A stretch of DNA of 63,654 bases, counting the filler, from Lenisia limosa (lineage: Eukaryota; Protista; Breviatea): the NCBI GenBank assembly GCA_001655205.1. It is 7 parts of 7 records of this genome, joined end to end, with 100 filler letters (N's around TTAATTAATTAA, not from the genome) between each part and the next. Parts side by side here need not be neighbours in the genome. Positions count along the whole stretch, not along the records: positions 38,596 to 42,843 come from LPNZ01005978.1; positions 42,944 to 61,669 come from LPNZ01010684.1; 5 more parts are not named here. One strand, 5' to 3'. The stretch's first letter is position 1, and the number at the start of each line of letters is the position of its first letter. The notes under the pieces were generated by a model, which made no database searches, was not told where the DNA came from, and worked only from the letters and a program-made list of their open reading frames with translations. The position numbers were made by a program, and so were the translations under genes. Of this stretch, positions 38,596 through 51,900 are shown one piece after another.

Positions 38596-38650
38596 GTAGA
38601 GCAATCGACTGCAGATCGATAGGTCTCGAGTTCAATTCTCGAACTGCCCT
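38596..38650 (+). tRNA. tRNA-Cys(GCA), 5' end lost in gap
   Basis: GTAGAGCA D-arm remnant, anticodon arm ATCGA-CTGCAGA-TCGAT, T arm TCGAG-TTCAATT-CTCGA, acceptor 3' half, then a T-run Pol III terminator. Confidence 0.9.
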
Positions 38651-38734
38651 TTTTTTTCTAATTTTTTCACCCCAACCCAAAAAACCATAATTTTTATTGA
38701 AACAAGTACCAACAAAGCCACCAAAATGAAATTT

Positions 38735-41000
38735 TACGTCACAATATTTGAATCCAATGATTTGTATGGAGCAAACTGACAGAGATACTGATTTCTGGGG
38801 GTATCGGAGTATATCATCAGTTTTCCAAATTAGTTGCATAAACTATGACTATAGTAGTCTGAGGTGCGTGAAATTAAAACGCAGTCTTCAAAACAGCGCT
38901 CCCATTCACCGGTATTATTGTTTTAGTTTTGTAACAAGCTGTTGGAGACAATGAACGAATGAGAAGGAAAATCCCGGAGTTTCCCTTCAATTTTGTTATA
39001 TATCTGCCTAATACGCGTGGCAATCATGAATACAGCGATAGAAGAGGGCTACACGGTGCAGAAGTACTGAAGATCAGCGATCCCCTCTTTTACTAAGGGT
39101 GTCATTCCCCCTATAAAAGCTGAGCTGATAAAAGCCTAATAGATAGATGATAAATAAGTATAACAATTTTAGTTTAGAATTCCGCGTTTAAGACGCATTT
39201 CCAGCTTTGGGTCGTTTTTGGCTACCTCCTAAGACGATGTGGGCTGATGTTTCGGAGCTCCACAACGTTTTTTCACAATGCCAAACAACTCCAATCAGGC
39301 GAAAGAACTCCTGGTTGAAAAACCTAACAAAGCAGGTTCGCCCAACACATTCCGCTTGCCCTTCTTACATGAAATAGGCGTTACTGTGCGGATATAGGGT
39401 TTCTGAAGTGGCGCCCCACCCAATATTCATTCTCAAAACGGTCCCACAGGCAAGCGGGAAACTGGAAATAGTCCGCCATTGATCATGGTATTGTATTAAT
39501 TTATTACATCTTCTTGAACTTGTGTTCCAATGGTCTTCTCTGTGTTATTCTTCAGATTATTTTTTTGTTAGTGACCTTCTACATTTTCAATGAGTCCGAA
39601 TTCACTTCCCCGATCCAGTAAGCCGTGGATGTGTTTGACCTGTGTTGTTGCCAGCTGGAACTCAATTGCACTTAAACTTCCCGATTTTCTGCTGAGCTTT
39701 CAATTGCAAAGTGTTTATTAACATATTATGTGGTATTTTACACATTGTTTCATAATGAGGCGCTGTCATCCTAATCCCGGAAAGGAATGTGAGTCGCTAA
39801 TTAGCAGATATCTGATACTTTAGCCGTTTGGCGATACCCTCGTCTGAACTATCGACAGCAAAGCAATACCTTGTCGTTTTCTCGCTATCTGGTATTTTGG
39901 CCATAATCCTGACGCTGCGTTCAAGTATTGTAGCTTCTCCCACGCTTGAGGTGTGTCCGGGGTTGGGTATCTTCTGCTAAGAGATGCCTTTTTTCGGTTC
40001 CAAACAGATGAATTCTTGATGACAATGAATATTAAAGTTAATCAGACTTTTCCTAAGTGGGATCCCTCCAGATATGGAATCTCACTCCTTCAGCGCACAC
40101 ATATATACATCTTCCAGTCATTCTGGGTTTGTATGGCCTTCATCTGCAGCCCTTGGGTCTTACCCCTTCTGCAAGTTTCCGTGGTCGCACCCTTCTTCTG
40201 CTTCACTAATGATCTAGTACCCGGGTTGGAGGGGGGGGGGTAAAGACAATGGAATTTCAATGATATCTGGCTGATATATAATATATGATACTATATGTAC
40301 ATCGGATTAATTGGATTGGATAGGTTGAAAAGTAATTGTGTAAATTTCTATTTTGTCCCTTGACCATCCTTGGAATACATGTTTTTCACCCGCTCTCCCT
40401 GCAGACTTATAACGCACGTTGAGTTGACCTGTTTTGTGACACATGCGCCATTGGCGGTGGCAGGTGTTCTAAACACAGTAGCCACTGTTGGCATGGCCAT
40501 GTTGTGGATATCAAGGTATGTTATGGATATCGAGGTAAGCTGCCATGTTGTGGGAATCTGTGGCAGTGCTGTTTTGGACCTTGTATTTAATCTAAAAAGT
40601 AACACCTGAGTATTCTGTTTTGACCAACCACCCTTGATAACCAGAGAATTCTGCTGTGATAGCTTGTAGTCCACCTCTCTGTGCAACTTACCTATCCAGT
40701 GCTGTTCCATGCAACCCTCATAGAATGGCGTTCTTTTCCTCCTGTCAGGTATGATATCCTTTTGTTTTAAACGGAGTCATTTCTCATTTCTTTGTAAAAC
40801 ACCAAATTTCCACTAACGTAACCCAGGTCTACCCCAGCCTCTTTCTCTATATCATCACAGTGCCAATGATGATCTTACTAAGACACATGCCTGCCATTGC
40901 TGTTTGGGTAAGTTCAATAGCAATAATGCAACGCTACTGATATCCCACATTTTAATGTTATCGCAGCTAATTCTAAAAAAATATGGTGGTGGTTGAAGAT
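38735..41000 (-). CDS. Possible uncharacterised multi-exon gene
   Basis: Exon-like reads LSAIEFQLATTQVKHIHGLLDRG, GEATILERSVRIMAKIPDSEK and RKRTPFYEGCMEQHW. Strand and model are tentative. Confidence 0.25.
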
Positions 41001-41090
41001 TGGTTTGGAAGAAAGAGATTATTCTCGGACATAACATAGTATATTATTGTTTTTCATGACTAAATATCACACACTTAGCCCCTGTTTGTC

Positions 41091-42270
41091 ATGGCTACTC
41101 TGACGGGCGTGTATGTCCACTATATTTTGCCGTACTACCGCCCCAGTGTGAACGCATTTGTGGGAGGGGGGCTTCTAGGAAAACACATTTGCCTCTTTAT
41201 TGTTTTTATTAAAATATGATTTTCATTTGCGTTTTGACCAACACAATGCATTTGCAGTTTAAAAGTGGAGTGTAGAATATTCAATTGTCTGGATAAACCC
41301 AAAGAAGATAATTATTATCATTTGGATGTATTCATGTATTTGTTAGTATTAACTGATCTTTAGGTCGTGGGTCAAATGGTCTACCTTTCCATCCGTTCAC
41401 TCCTTGCCATTATTGGACTCTGTGGGTTTTGATTATCTAACGTGCAATTTTTGGGTGAATTGAAGGTGTATTTTTTTTTGAAAGAATCGGGAACTTTTAC
41501 TCTGAAATTTGAAATACTTATGAGTTGCTTATCAACATTTAATTCCAATTATCCCATATTAGTCCTGTCATTTACCCAATACAGTGTTCCCTCTGGACTT
41601 CTTTGTTGACATTGTGGTACCGGATTATCTCTCTGGAGCCCAAGCTATGGTGGTACCTGGGCTGCTATCGTCAGTCGCAACCATGTTTGCTGTTTTGACA
41701 TGTATGTGGGATGGTTTCATCCTTTTGTATTTTTCTTTCCATGTTAAGCAGATAACCTTTTAGATCGACACAACGTCCATCTTTTCAACATGTTTCTAAA
41801 CTTTGTGGCTGAAAATCCCAAAAGAGGGGATGAGGTGGGTTGGATATCGGCTGTTGTTGTTGCTATGCAATATTATTGTACGCGGAAATCTCACGTAATG
41901 TATTGATGATTAATCACATACAATATAGTATACTTAGGGCTTCACATCGGTCCCAAAAAAGACTGAATTTCTCGATAAATCCTCAATAAATATCGATATT
42001 TTACCGGTCTTTTTAACCGAAGTGAAGCCCTAAGTATACTGTATTTTCTATATGTACTAGGGTGTCCACATTTCAAATCACATAAACAAACTCCCCCCCC
42101 CCCCAAGGCCGCAGCTCTTCGTTTTGTCCACGCTGTTGGAAGTCCCACAAACCTAACCGTAATGACAAGGGTGTGGCAAAAGGACACGGTGGGACGGCAA
42201 GGGTATATTTCAGGAACAGAACATTTCCTGCTGCCCAAATATGGAATACCCGTCTTTTTGCCTTACCTGA
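41091..42270 (+). CDS. Small (~150 aa) putative membrane protein, 6 exons
   Basis: Phase-consistent model MATLTGVYVHYILPYYRPSVNAF|VVGQMVYLSIRSLLAIIGL|LFPLDFFVDIVVPDYLSGAQAMVVPGLLSSVATMFAVLT|YRHNVHLFNMFLNFVAENPKRGDE|AAALRF... with hydrophobic segments. Confidence 0.4.
41935..42032 (+). mobile_element. hAT-type MITE family 1
   Basis: Intact TIRs; perfect TSD agtatact. Confidence 0.93.
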
Positions 42271-42943
42271 GTAGTCTCAAAGAGTTCTCAACTATTTGGA
42301 GGCTGTTTTCTCAGCAACAAAGCGAGCTAAACTTGTAAGCAGAATATTTATTTACATTTAGAATTGATTCTCATATTTCTTTATTGTTTGGTAGAGTGTT
42401 TCTCACGAATATCTTTAACGATGGACTCTTCTCCACTCTTCCTGAAATAATTGTCACTTTTCATTCTTCTGCTTTTTGAGTTTGACTCTCTAGGCAACAC
42501 CTTCTTCATTTTCGGAATTTTATCTTCAGTATCTGCTCTTCCTCATCTTGGTCAGAAAGAACGATGTGGTGTGTGGGATACTGTCGCTGATTTAACCCCT
42601 GTTTTTTCTTTGTCTTCTTATTCCCTAAGGATATTCTCCGGCACATTCGGATGAGTCTCGGCCCTCGAGGCCCTCTAGCTAACCTTGGTTCAAACCTAGC
42701 CCCAACCGCAGGTGTGTATCCAGTGAAGTAAACTGACTGTTTTGTTCATGCTATTCCAATGTTTTATTTGTATATCGCCAGGTTACCTTAATGCTTATTT
42801 CCGTGCTCCTCCTTTGACGACCCACCAGCCTATTCGCGACGATNNNNNNNNNNNNNNNNNNNNNNNNNNNNNNNNNNNNNNNNNNNNTTAATTAATTAAN
42901 NNNNNNNNNNNNNNNNNNNNNNNNNNNNNNNNNNNNNNNNNNN

Positions 42944-45900
42944 TACGGCGCACGTGCCATGTTACCCGAAGGAGCTGAAAAAACCGATAATCCTGTTGGA
43001 GGAGTAGAGGTTGTTTTAATGATGCAAAAGTTAGATTTGATAAAATTACCATTTTAATAACTAATTGAAATCTTCAATTAAAATCACTATCCGCACCAAA
43101 CAAGCTCATATTTCCAGAAATTTGAGCAGGTGTTCATCCCCGCCAAGCCAGCAGCGCCCTTCAGCAAAAGTGAACTTCTTGGTCTTGACGTCTTCGACTC
43201 CTGGGCCAAGCCGGTTTTCAAGGTTGGCTTCGACTAGGGCTTCACTTTGGTTCGAAAAAGACCGGTAAAATATCGATAGTTTTCGAGGATTTATCTTGAA
43301 ATTCAGTCTTTTTTCGAACCGAAGTGTAGCCATAGCTTCAACCTGTTGTTTGCTGGAGATGTTATGTGGTGGTGTTCCTTTTTTTGCCAAGCTGAATTAA
43401 TACTTTTAGGGCTACAAGTCTCTCAACAGAATCCAGTCAAAAGTCTTCAACACAGCATATCACACTAACCGCAACATGCTGGTGTGTGCTCCAACTGGTT
43501 AGTGGGGTAGGCATCTGCCAAACTCCAACTGGTTAGTGGGGTAGGTATCTGCCAAACTCAGGGCAATTCTCTTCTCAATGCTGTGTAATAGGGGCTGGTG
43601 TTGAATATGATGTGTTGTTATAATTTTTGGTCTTTCGTTTCTCGTATCTAATCCTATCCCCCGTGATCCCATAGGTGCTGGTAAAACAGACATTGCAGTG
43701 ATGACTGTGCTTCAAGAGGTCAGCAGACACATCAAAAACGGCTACCTTGACCCTATGGAGAGGGAAACCTTCAAGGTTTGCCCCTTATATTGCTGAAAAT
43801 GTCGGGTGATAAAGGCTCTGAAGGTTGCATATGTTGTTGACAAGCCCTCACTTATTAGATTATCTACGTTGCACCCATGAAGGCGTTGGCTTCTGAAATT
43901 ACGTCGAAATTCTCGAAGCGGTTTGCGGGCGACCTAAGATGGCCAGCTATCTGACCGTTTAGTCTGGGATGTCTCGGAATTGTCTGCAAGGAGTTGACGG
44001 GTGATATGAAGCTCACGAAGAACGAGCTAAAAGTAGGAAGTTAAGGACCTTTTCTTCACCAATCTTGAACTCTCTTTCTTCATGTTTTCATCTACTCATT
44101 CTTTAGACCACACACATCATCGTCACCACCCCTGAGAAATGGGACGTTATAACACGCAAAAGTGGCGACGTGGCGCTCACATCGGTAGTTTATTGCTTCT
44201 ATCTCAGTCTTATTTCTGACCCCCCCCCCCCCNNNNNNNNNNNNNNNNNNNNNNNNNNNNNNNNNNNNNNNNNNNNNNNNNNNNNNNNNNNNNNNNNNNN
44301 NNNNNNNNNNNNNNNNNNNNNNTGACAGAGGCCCAGTCATTGAGAGCCTGGTCGCTCGAACGCTTAGACAGGTACGTGGGGATAATGAGGGTTAAAGTTA
44401 AGTGCTGTGTCTAGTCAAGGAATTGCTTATGCCAATATGGAGTGTAATACTTGAAGGGAATAGATAGGCCATATCGCACTGCAGTATAACGCTCCTGCAG
44501 GTCGAAGCCACGCAAACCCCCATCAGAATCGTCGGGCTATCGGCAACCCTGCCCAACTACAAGGACATTGCTGAGTTCCTCAAGTTCGCCAAATTTATCG
44601 GAATAGCTTCTTATTCTGATAAATAACCTGGCTCTTTTGCTACACCTATTCGCCAATTGATGTCCTAGGGTCGATCCAAACAACGGTCTGTTCCAATTCG
44701 ATAACACCTACCGTTCCGTCCCGCTCTCCCAAACATTCGTCGGAATCAAGGTGAGGGGGGGGGGGGGNNNNNNNNNNNNNNNNNNNNNNNNNNNNNNNNN
44801 NNNNNNNNNNNNNNNNNNNNNNNNNNNNNNNNNNNNNNNNNNNNNNNNNNNNNNNNNNNNNNNNNNNNNNNNNNNNNNNNNNNNNNNNNNNNNNNNNNNN
44901 NNNNNNNNNNNNNNNNNNNNNNNNNNNNNNNNNNNTCTGTTTTGACAAGGCTGTTGAAGCTCTCAGGAATGGAAAGCAGGTTTGTTCTTCCCCTCCCCCA
45001 TGTTAATTTGAAAAATCCCTGATGTTTGCCCTGACCCCTCAGATTCTGGTCTTTGTCCACAGTCGAAACGAAACAATGAAAACGGCAAGGGCGGTTGAGG
45101 AGCTAGCCAAGCTTCATAAGGAGGAANNNNNNNNNNTTTCACAGTTAGTTAATCTTTTATCATCAGGCTTCATTGTTATAGGAGACCAATCATTTAACAA
45201 GTTGCGATTTCCCCATTGGCGTTTTTCTGTTAATCTTGCTCTCATTCCATCCGCCAGACCTCTTCAAATGCAGTGACGCTGCCGGATTTGACGCCTCCAA
45301 AAAGGACGCTGAACACGCCCGGTCCGGTATCATCAAGGAGCTCTTTCAATGTACGCAACGTGGTACTATTTGCGCATTACGAGCATGACCCATTGAAATA
45401 CCCTTTATACATGTGGTATTGAAAGCTTTGCTACCTGTTTCAATCTTTTCATTCTGAAAGCTTTTGAAAAACACGGTGTCAAGGGCGTCATCATTGTTTG
45501 TTCGAACCATCATCTTTGTAAAAGCCATGACTGCGCATGTCTCATTGTAACATCCAGGCGGTCTTGGTATCCACCATGCTGGTCTTCTTCGGTCGGACCG
45601 AAACCTGTCAGAACGCCTCTTTCATCGCGGGCATATCAAGGTGGCGTGGGGTGATTTGTACATTAATGATAGTGTCATCCAATACATGTGTATTTCATAA
45701 TGTCGTGATGATGTGGCAGCTTCGGTCAGATACAACCTTGTTTTTTTCTCATTTCTCAACATTAAGTCCAATAGTCTGGAAGGGGTATTGAAGGAGCAAG
45801 GCATAATGAGTGGATGACGCAGTGGTCGTGTTGTGACCTGTCCAGATTCTGTTCTGCACGGCAACGTTGGCGTGGGGTGTGAACCTCCCTGCCCACACCG

Positions 45901-48900
45901 TCATCATCAAGGGCACCGACCTCTATAACCCTGAAAAGGGCCAGATGATCGACCTCGGCATTCTAGATGTGCTACAAATCTTCGGGTATGAAGGGAGGAA
46001 TTCGCTTCGAGTGCGCTATTGTCCCGTTTGTTTTTTTGTTGAATTATCTAAAAACAACTCAGTGTTTTTGGAACCTAAGGTCTCTTTATAAATACACTTT
46101 GATAAGCGGTTTGAGTGGAGCCTTCTCATTGGAGCCGTTTCTGGCCCCTTTGACCACCTGGGAAACTGACATTTCAGTCGGGCTGGCCGGCCTCAGTTCG
46201 ACTCTTCCGGACACTCCATCCTCATAACCATGCAGAAAACTGTGGGACTTGATGGTGCTCTAATATCGTAAAGTGTATTTCTATTCTCAAATGATGATAC
46301 CATACATGATACATAATATGCGTGTGATCTTCTTTTTGATACAAATAATACGTACCTGTTAAAACCAACATTACCAGCTGGCACATTATCTGAGGCTGAT
46401 TTGCCACCAAATGCCAATTGAATCCAAGTTCCCAAGGCACCTCGCTGACAACCTGAATGCCGAAATTGTCCTCGGTGAGGGGTGACACCAAAGATGTAAA
46501 TGAGGAACCACTGCTGCGACAATCACGCCACAGGTACCGTGACGACAATGGAAGAGGCCGTGCGCTGGTTGAAGTACACATATTTCGATATCCGCCTGCA
46601 GAAGAACCCGCTTCATTACGGCTGCGAAAGAAGCCAGGCTGTGGGGGGGGGTTGCTATCTTAGTTTCTTTTTTCAGAACTTCAGCTGCCGGGAGGATTTT
46701 TAGCATTCAAGAGCATTATCTTACATTATACTCTACCTTCCCCCATCATAATGCTATGAGGCCTTTTTTAACCACGGTGCAGGCAGACGGTATGTTACTG
46801 AATGCTTTCCGTCGAAGTTTGCTGGACGCTGCAGTCAAGAGCCTCAATGCCTGCAGAATGGCTAAGTTTGGCAAGGAGAAGAAGGGTGAAGATGTGAGTG
46901 GGCTATTATTATTGAGAGGGAACTATTCTTGAATGAGGGTAATTTGAGAAGGAGCATCTTTCTGTCTTTAATTGGACATTTCAGATGTCTGTGTCATCCC
47001 CAGGTGCCATGATGCTCAGTCAAACAGAAGCCGGTAAGGGGGGGTATACACATAATATGGTGAATTAAATCTGTAAGTGGCCTGTAGCCGTTCAACTTAG
47101 TAAAGGCGGATACCTGCTACCCAAAGTCTGTTGCTATTTCAAATATTTGCAACACAATGCTGCAATTGCTATTTTGATATACCCAAGGCCGATTTAAATG
47201 TTAGCGTTATTTGAATAGGGCGCATTGCTTCGCACTACTACGTCAACTACCACACCATGGAGATGTACATGAAGGGAGGTAGCGGACTCACTCCAGCAAT
47301 GTCGGACCAGCACATCTTCAACTTGATCGCAAGAGTAGGTCTTCATTGTTTCAAACTTCCACCCTTCACTCATGGACGTCTTTTTTTTTACGAAATATTG
47401 ACCCCTCAGTCTGGTGAGTTCCAGCAGCTAAAAGTGCGGGAGGAGGAGACGTCTGAGCTTGACACACTTCGCCATGAGTCGTGTCCGGTGCCCCTTGTCG
47501 GCGAGCAGGACAGCAGTGAATGGAAGGCCAATATCCTGATCCAGAGCTATCTGTCCAGAGGTGGGGGTCTGTTGTCAAAACCCCACTGCAAGCATTGTCG
47601 GTGTTCTAACGATATCAGCCCAAGTCAGCTCCTTCGCTCTGATCTCCGATCTCAACTACGTCGCTTCCAACGCTGGCAGGTACACGGGGTGCCATGGCCT
47701 AATTGGTCCGCTGGACTGACTTTTGACTATGCAGACTTTTCCGCGCTCTCTTCAATCTTGCTCGGATGCGAGGCTTCTCGGGAACCGCTTCAAGGATCCA
47801 CCAAATGTGCCTTGTGGGGGGCAGTGTGTAAGGGCCTTCTGGAGAGAAGAATTAGACGCTGATCTTTTAGATGGTTGATCATCAGCTTTGGGAGTCTGAG
47901 ACTCCCTTGAGACAAGTAAGTTTCAATATCCTTGTTCTTTTTCTTCACTCCTTTCTCCAATGTGTTATTAAATCAGTACAAATAGCGATTATTTGTGTTA
48001 ACTATCAGGCCATCCCACACCTGAAGGAGCACATTTACCTGAAGCTTGAGACTGTAGCAGCCCGTTCACACCAAATGGTAGATGGATGCTACTGTGTGAC
48101 ATGTCTGAGATAATTGTAATATTAGTACTTACAACTGTGTGGAAATTGAGCTGTAATGAGTGTTATCCTGTCCTCCATCCAAGCGCACGTGACACTATAG
48201 CCCTCCCTGGGCCAGATCTCTGACATGACCACGTCGGACTTGTCACGAATCATCCACATCCCCGAGGCCGCGAAGGATATCAAACTCGCTGCTTCTAGGT
48301 GGGTAAGAGGCCTTCATGAAGAGTGGAGATGACGGATGGATGAAGCGATGGTGAAAGAGGGGTATTGGCTTGTAACAGCATGACACGACCTGACTTTTCA
48401 GACTGCCCAATGTGTTAATAGACGTTGTTGCCCAACCTGTGACGCAAACCATTCTGAAGCTCACCCTGACCCTCACACCCAACTTCGTATGGCACGACAG
48501 AATGAGCGGAAACGTACGCTGTCTTTTGACTCACGGTGATTTTTTTATATTACTAGGGCTTCCCACGGTACGAAAAAGACCGGTCAAATATCGATATTTA
48601 TCGAGGATTTACCCAGAAATTCAGTCTTTTATGGGACCGTGGGGAATCCCTAATTATTACCCATGCCATCAACCTAGTCAATCCTCTTCACTATTGTTCA
48701 TTGGATTCAGTTTCCTTTGTATCACTTTACAGGTTGAACCTTTCTGGATATGGGTGGAGGACTTCGAAACAAACAAGCTCTACCATGCAGAGGAGTGGCT
48801 TCTTCACAAGCTCGAAATGAGGATGGGTGAACCCATGAAGGTTGTTGTTGTCATCAACGTACCTGAAAACGCCCCGAGTCAGTTCAATATCCAGGTTTGT

Positions 48901-51900
48901 GACCGAAAAAGGGGCATGCTGTGAACAACACTCTTTGGTACACACTCATGGACTGATGTACCCCTAGGGTCATCGTGGATACTAGGGCATGCTAGTGTGG
49001 ACACTCCACTCCCCCTACCCCATCCCCTCTGGGAGGGGAGGGGGACCTTAACAAAGACTTCATACAACCATTATCACCACACCCCAGATTGTCAGTGACC
49101 GATGGTTGGGAGTGGGATCCGAGGCCACTGTTTCGTACCAGCATCTCATTAGGCCCGAAATCCGAAGCCAGCCCACCGCCCTTCTGGAACTCGAGCCGCT
49201 TTCGGTGGGCTACGCTACTGGTCCAATTTCTCTTATAAGCTTGATAGTGTGAACGGCTTCGACCAGATACAACCTCGTTTTATTTCTCCCTTTTAGTTTT
49301 TATTTGTTGCCTGGCAACTTATTTTCTAGACCAAAGCCCTGCACAACTCCAAATATGAGCAGCTGTATCCCTTCAAACACTTCAACGCTCCCCAAACACA
49401 GGTGCTGTGCTGTTAAGACCATCACCTTTGAGATATTCATTATTGTATATTAGGCAGACACCTATGTATGTACCTCTTAGCTTCCATATCATATTGTGCA
49501 TCTTCACCCCCACCTCTATCATATTTTTAATCTTTTAGCTCTTCCACGTGGCTTACCATTCTGACGACTCTCTCATTGTCGGTGCCCCAACAGGTTAGTG
49601 ATCATTGTATTCTGTAAATACCACAATATATATGAATAAATAAATTGCAATTAATGATCGCTATATAACTTAGAAATTGAAATGAGTTTCTCATATTCCA
49701 ACTATATTATCAACCCCCCCCCCCCAAGGATCCGGAAAAACGCTTGCTGCTGAATTGGCCATTTTCCGAGAGTTCAACAAGAAGGACTACCTTGGAGGAA
49801 ACGGTTTCAAGGTTTGAACGGTTCTATAGTTGATTTTGATATTGTGCTGTGTATTGAGAAGTCAAATGTCAGATATAACGCTACAGTGCGTCTACGTGGC
49901 GCCTCTTAAAGCACTTGCTAAGGAGCGGATGAAGGACTGGAAGAGAAAGGTCCGATATTATTGCTCTTTCCCGCTCTTTTAACCACCTTGTTTTCCCAAG
50001 CAATTCATCCTTTTTAGTTCTCGCAACTCGGAAAAACAGTGGTGGAACTGACCGGAGACGTAACACCCGATATCCAAGCCCTGCACAGAGCTGACGTCAT
50101 CATCACCACTCCGGAGAAATGGGATGGGGTGTCTAGATCCTGGAAGCAGAGAGGGTGAGAAATGGGATGGGTGTCTAGATCCTGGAAGCAGAGTGTCAGA
50201 AACCAGTGTACCCTCATCATATGCTCAGTCCTGAATTAATCATCTATTTGGTAATTCACATTTCTAGTTACGTGTCCAACGTGTCTCTGGTGGTGATTGA
50301 CGAAATCCATTTACTTGGAGAGGACAGAGGTCCAATTCTCGAAGTGGTGCGAGGGACTCTCAAGCAAAGCCATTAGAAGTGTTTTTCATATTTATTATAC
50401 TTTTTAATTCATCTTTGTTACTGCCCAGATTGTATCCCGTCTCCGCATAATTGGAAGCAGCACGGGTCAGAGAATCCGCATTGTCGGCCTTTCTACAGCC
50501 CTGGCCAATGCACTTGATCTCGCTGACTGGCTACAGGTAAGTGCACTGACAATTAGGGCTTCACTTCGGTTGGAAAAAACACTGAATTTCTCGATAAATC
50601 CTCGAAAACTATCGGTATTTTCCCGAACCGAAGGGAAGCCCTACTGACAATACTGCTGGAAGACCCCAGAATAAGCATCTCATGTCCCAGATTCCGAAGC
50701 ACTGTGTCTTCAATTTCGGCCCACAGATCCGACCGGTTCCAATGGAGGTGTGTGATTAATTGCATTGGTCTCTCATTCTTTGTCTTTTCCTAACCCTTCA
50801 GATTCACACGCAAGGCTTCCCTGGCAAACATTATTGCCCCCGCATGGCGACTATGAACAAACCGGCTTATCAGGTGGGCTATTGGTGGTGGTGATGATGA
50901 TGATGATGTTTTAAAGAGACCCGCTTGACACATCAGGCCATTCTGCAGCATTCGCCCACCAAGCCCGTCCTGGTCTTTGTGGCCTCAAGACGACAGACTC
51001 GGCTCACTGCTCAAGCCTTCATCTCCCACCTTATGCTTGAAGTGGGGGGAGGTCCTGATATTGTCAAATGAGAGAATGATTGAGACAGTTATGTTACATG
51101 GTGTATAAATGGCCCTTTTTGATGGTTCAGAACAGTGCAGAGTCACGCTTCCTCAACATTTCCCAAGACGATCAAGGTGACTTCCTGAGACAGGTTTGCC
51201 CGGTACCTTTTTATATTACGTTGCCATACCCCCTCCCGTCACTGCTCAGGTTGAGTCCGTTCGCGACAAGGACCTTCAGCAAGTTCTGCCCTACGGAATC
51301 GGTAAGTATTAGGTCCGTTGTTTTGCCGCTCCCCTTCTCCTGTTTCTGTCGTTTTCTGTGGATGTTTCTTTTGTGTAGTCAACCGCTGGATCACTATGAT
51401 CTGACGATACAGGAATGCATCACGCTGGTCTGTGCGAGAAAGACCGGGTTTTGACTGAATCGCTGTTCTCTGAAAACAAAATCCAGGTTTGTCTTTTTTC
51501 AGCCTTCCTATAGTGAAGGCTGCATATTTCCTTTGTCACATTACAGATGGTATTTATTTTCTGATCTTGAGACAAGCATTACCCCCCCCCCCAGGTTCTT
51601 ATTTGCACCAGCACCTTGGCATGGGGTGTCAATCTGCCTGCACATCTCGTCATCGTCAAGGGCACCGAGTACTTTGATGGGAAATTGGGACGTTACGTCG
51701 ATTTCCCAATGACAGACCTACTGCAGATGATTGGTCGAGCGGGTCGTCCACAGTTCGACGATAAGGGTGGGGAGTTTGAAAAACAATACAAAGGTCTATA
51801 AGTCTATCATCTGTGATTGTATTTGGAGTGACGCTCCAGCTGTGGCAGTGGTTTTGGCTCTGGACAGCAATAAGGACTTCATCAATCGCTTCCTGCACTC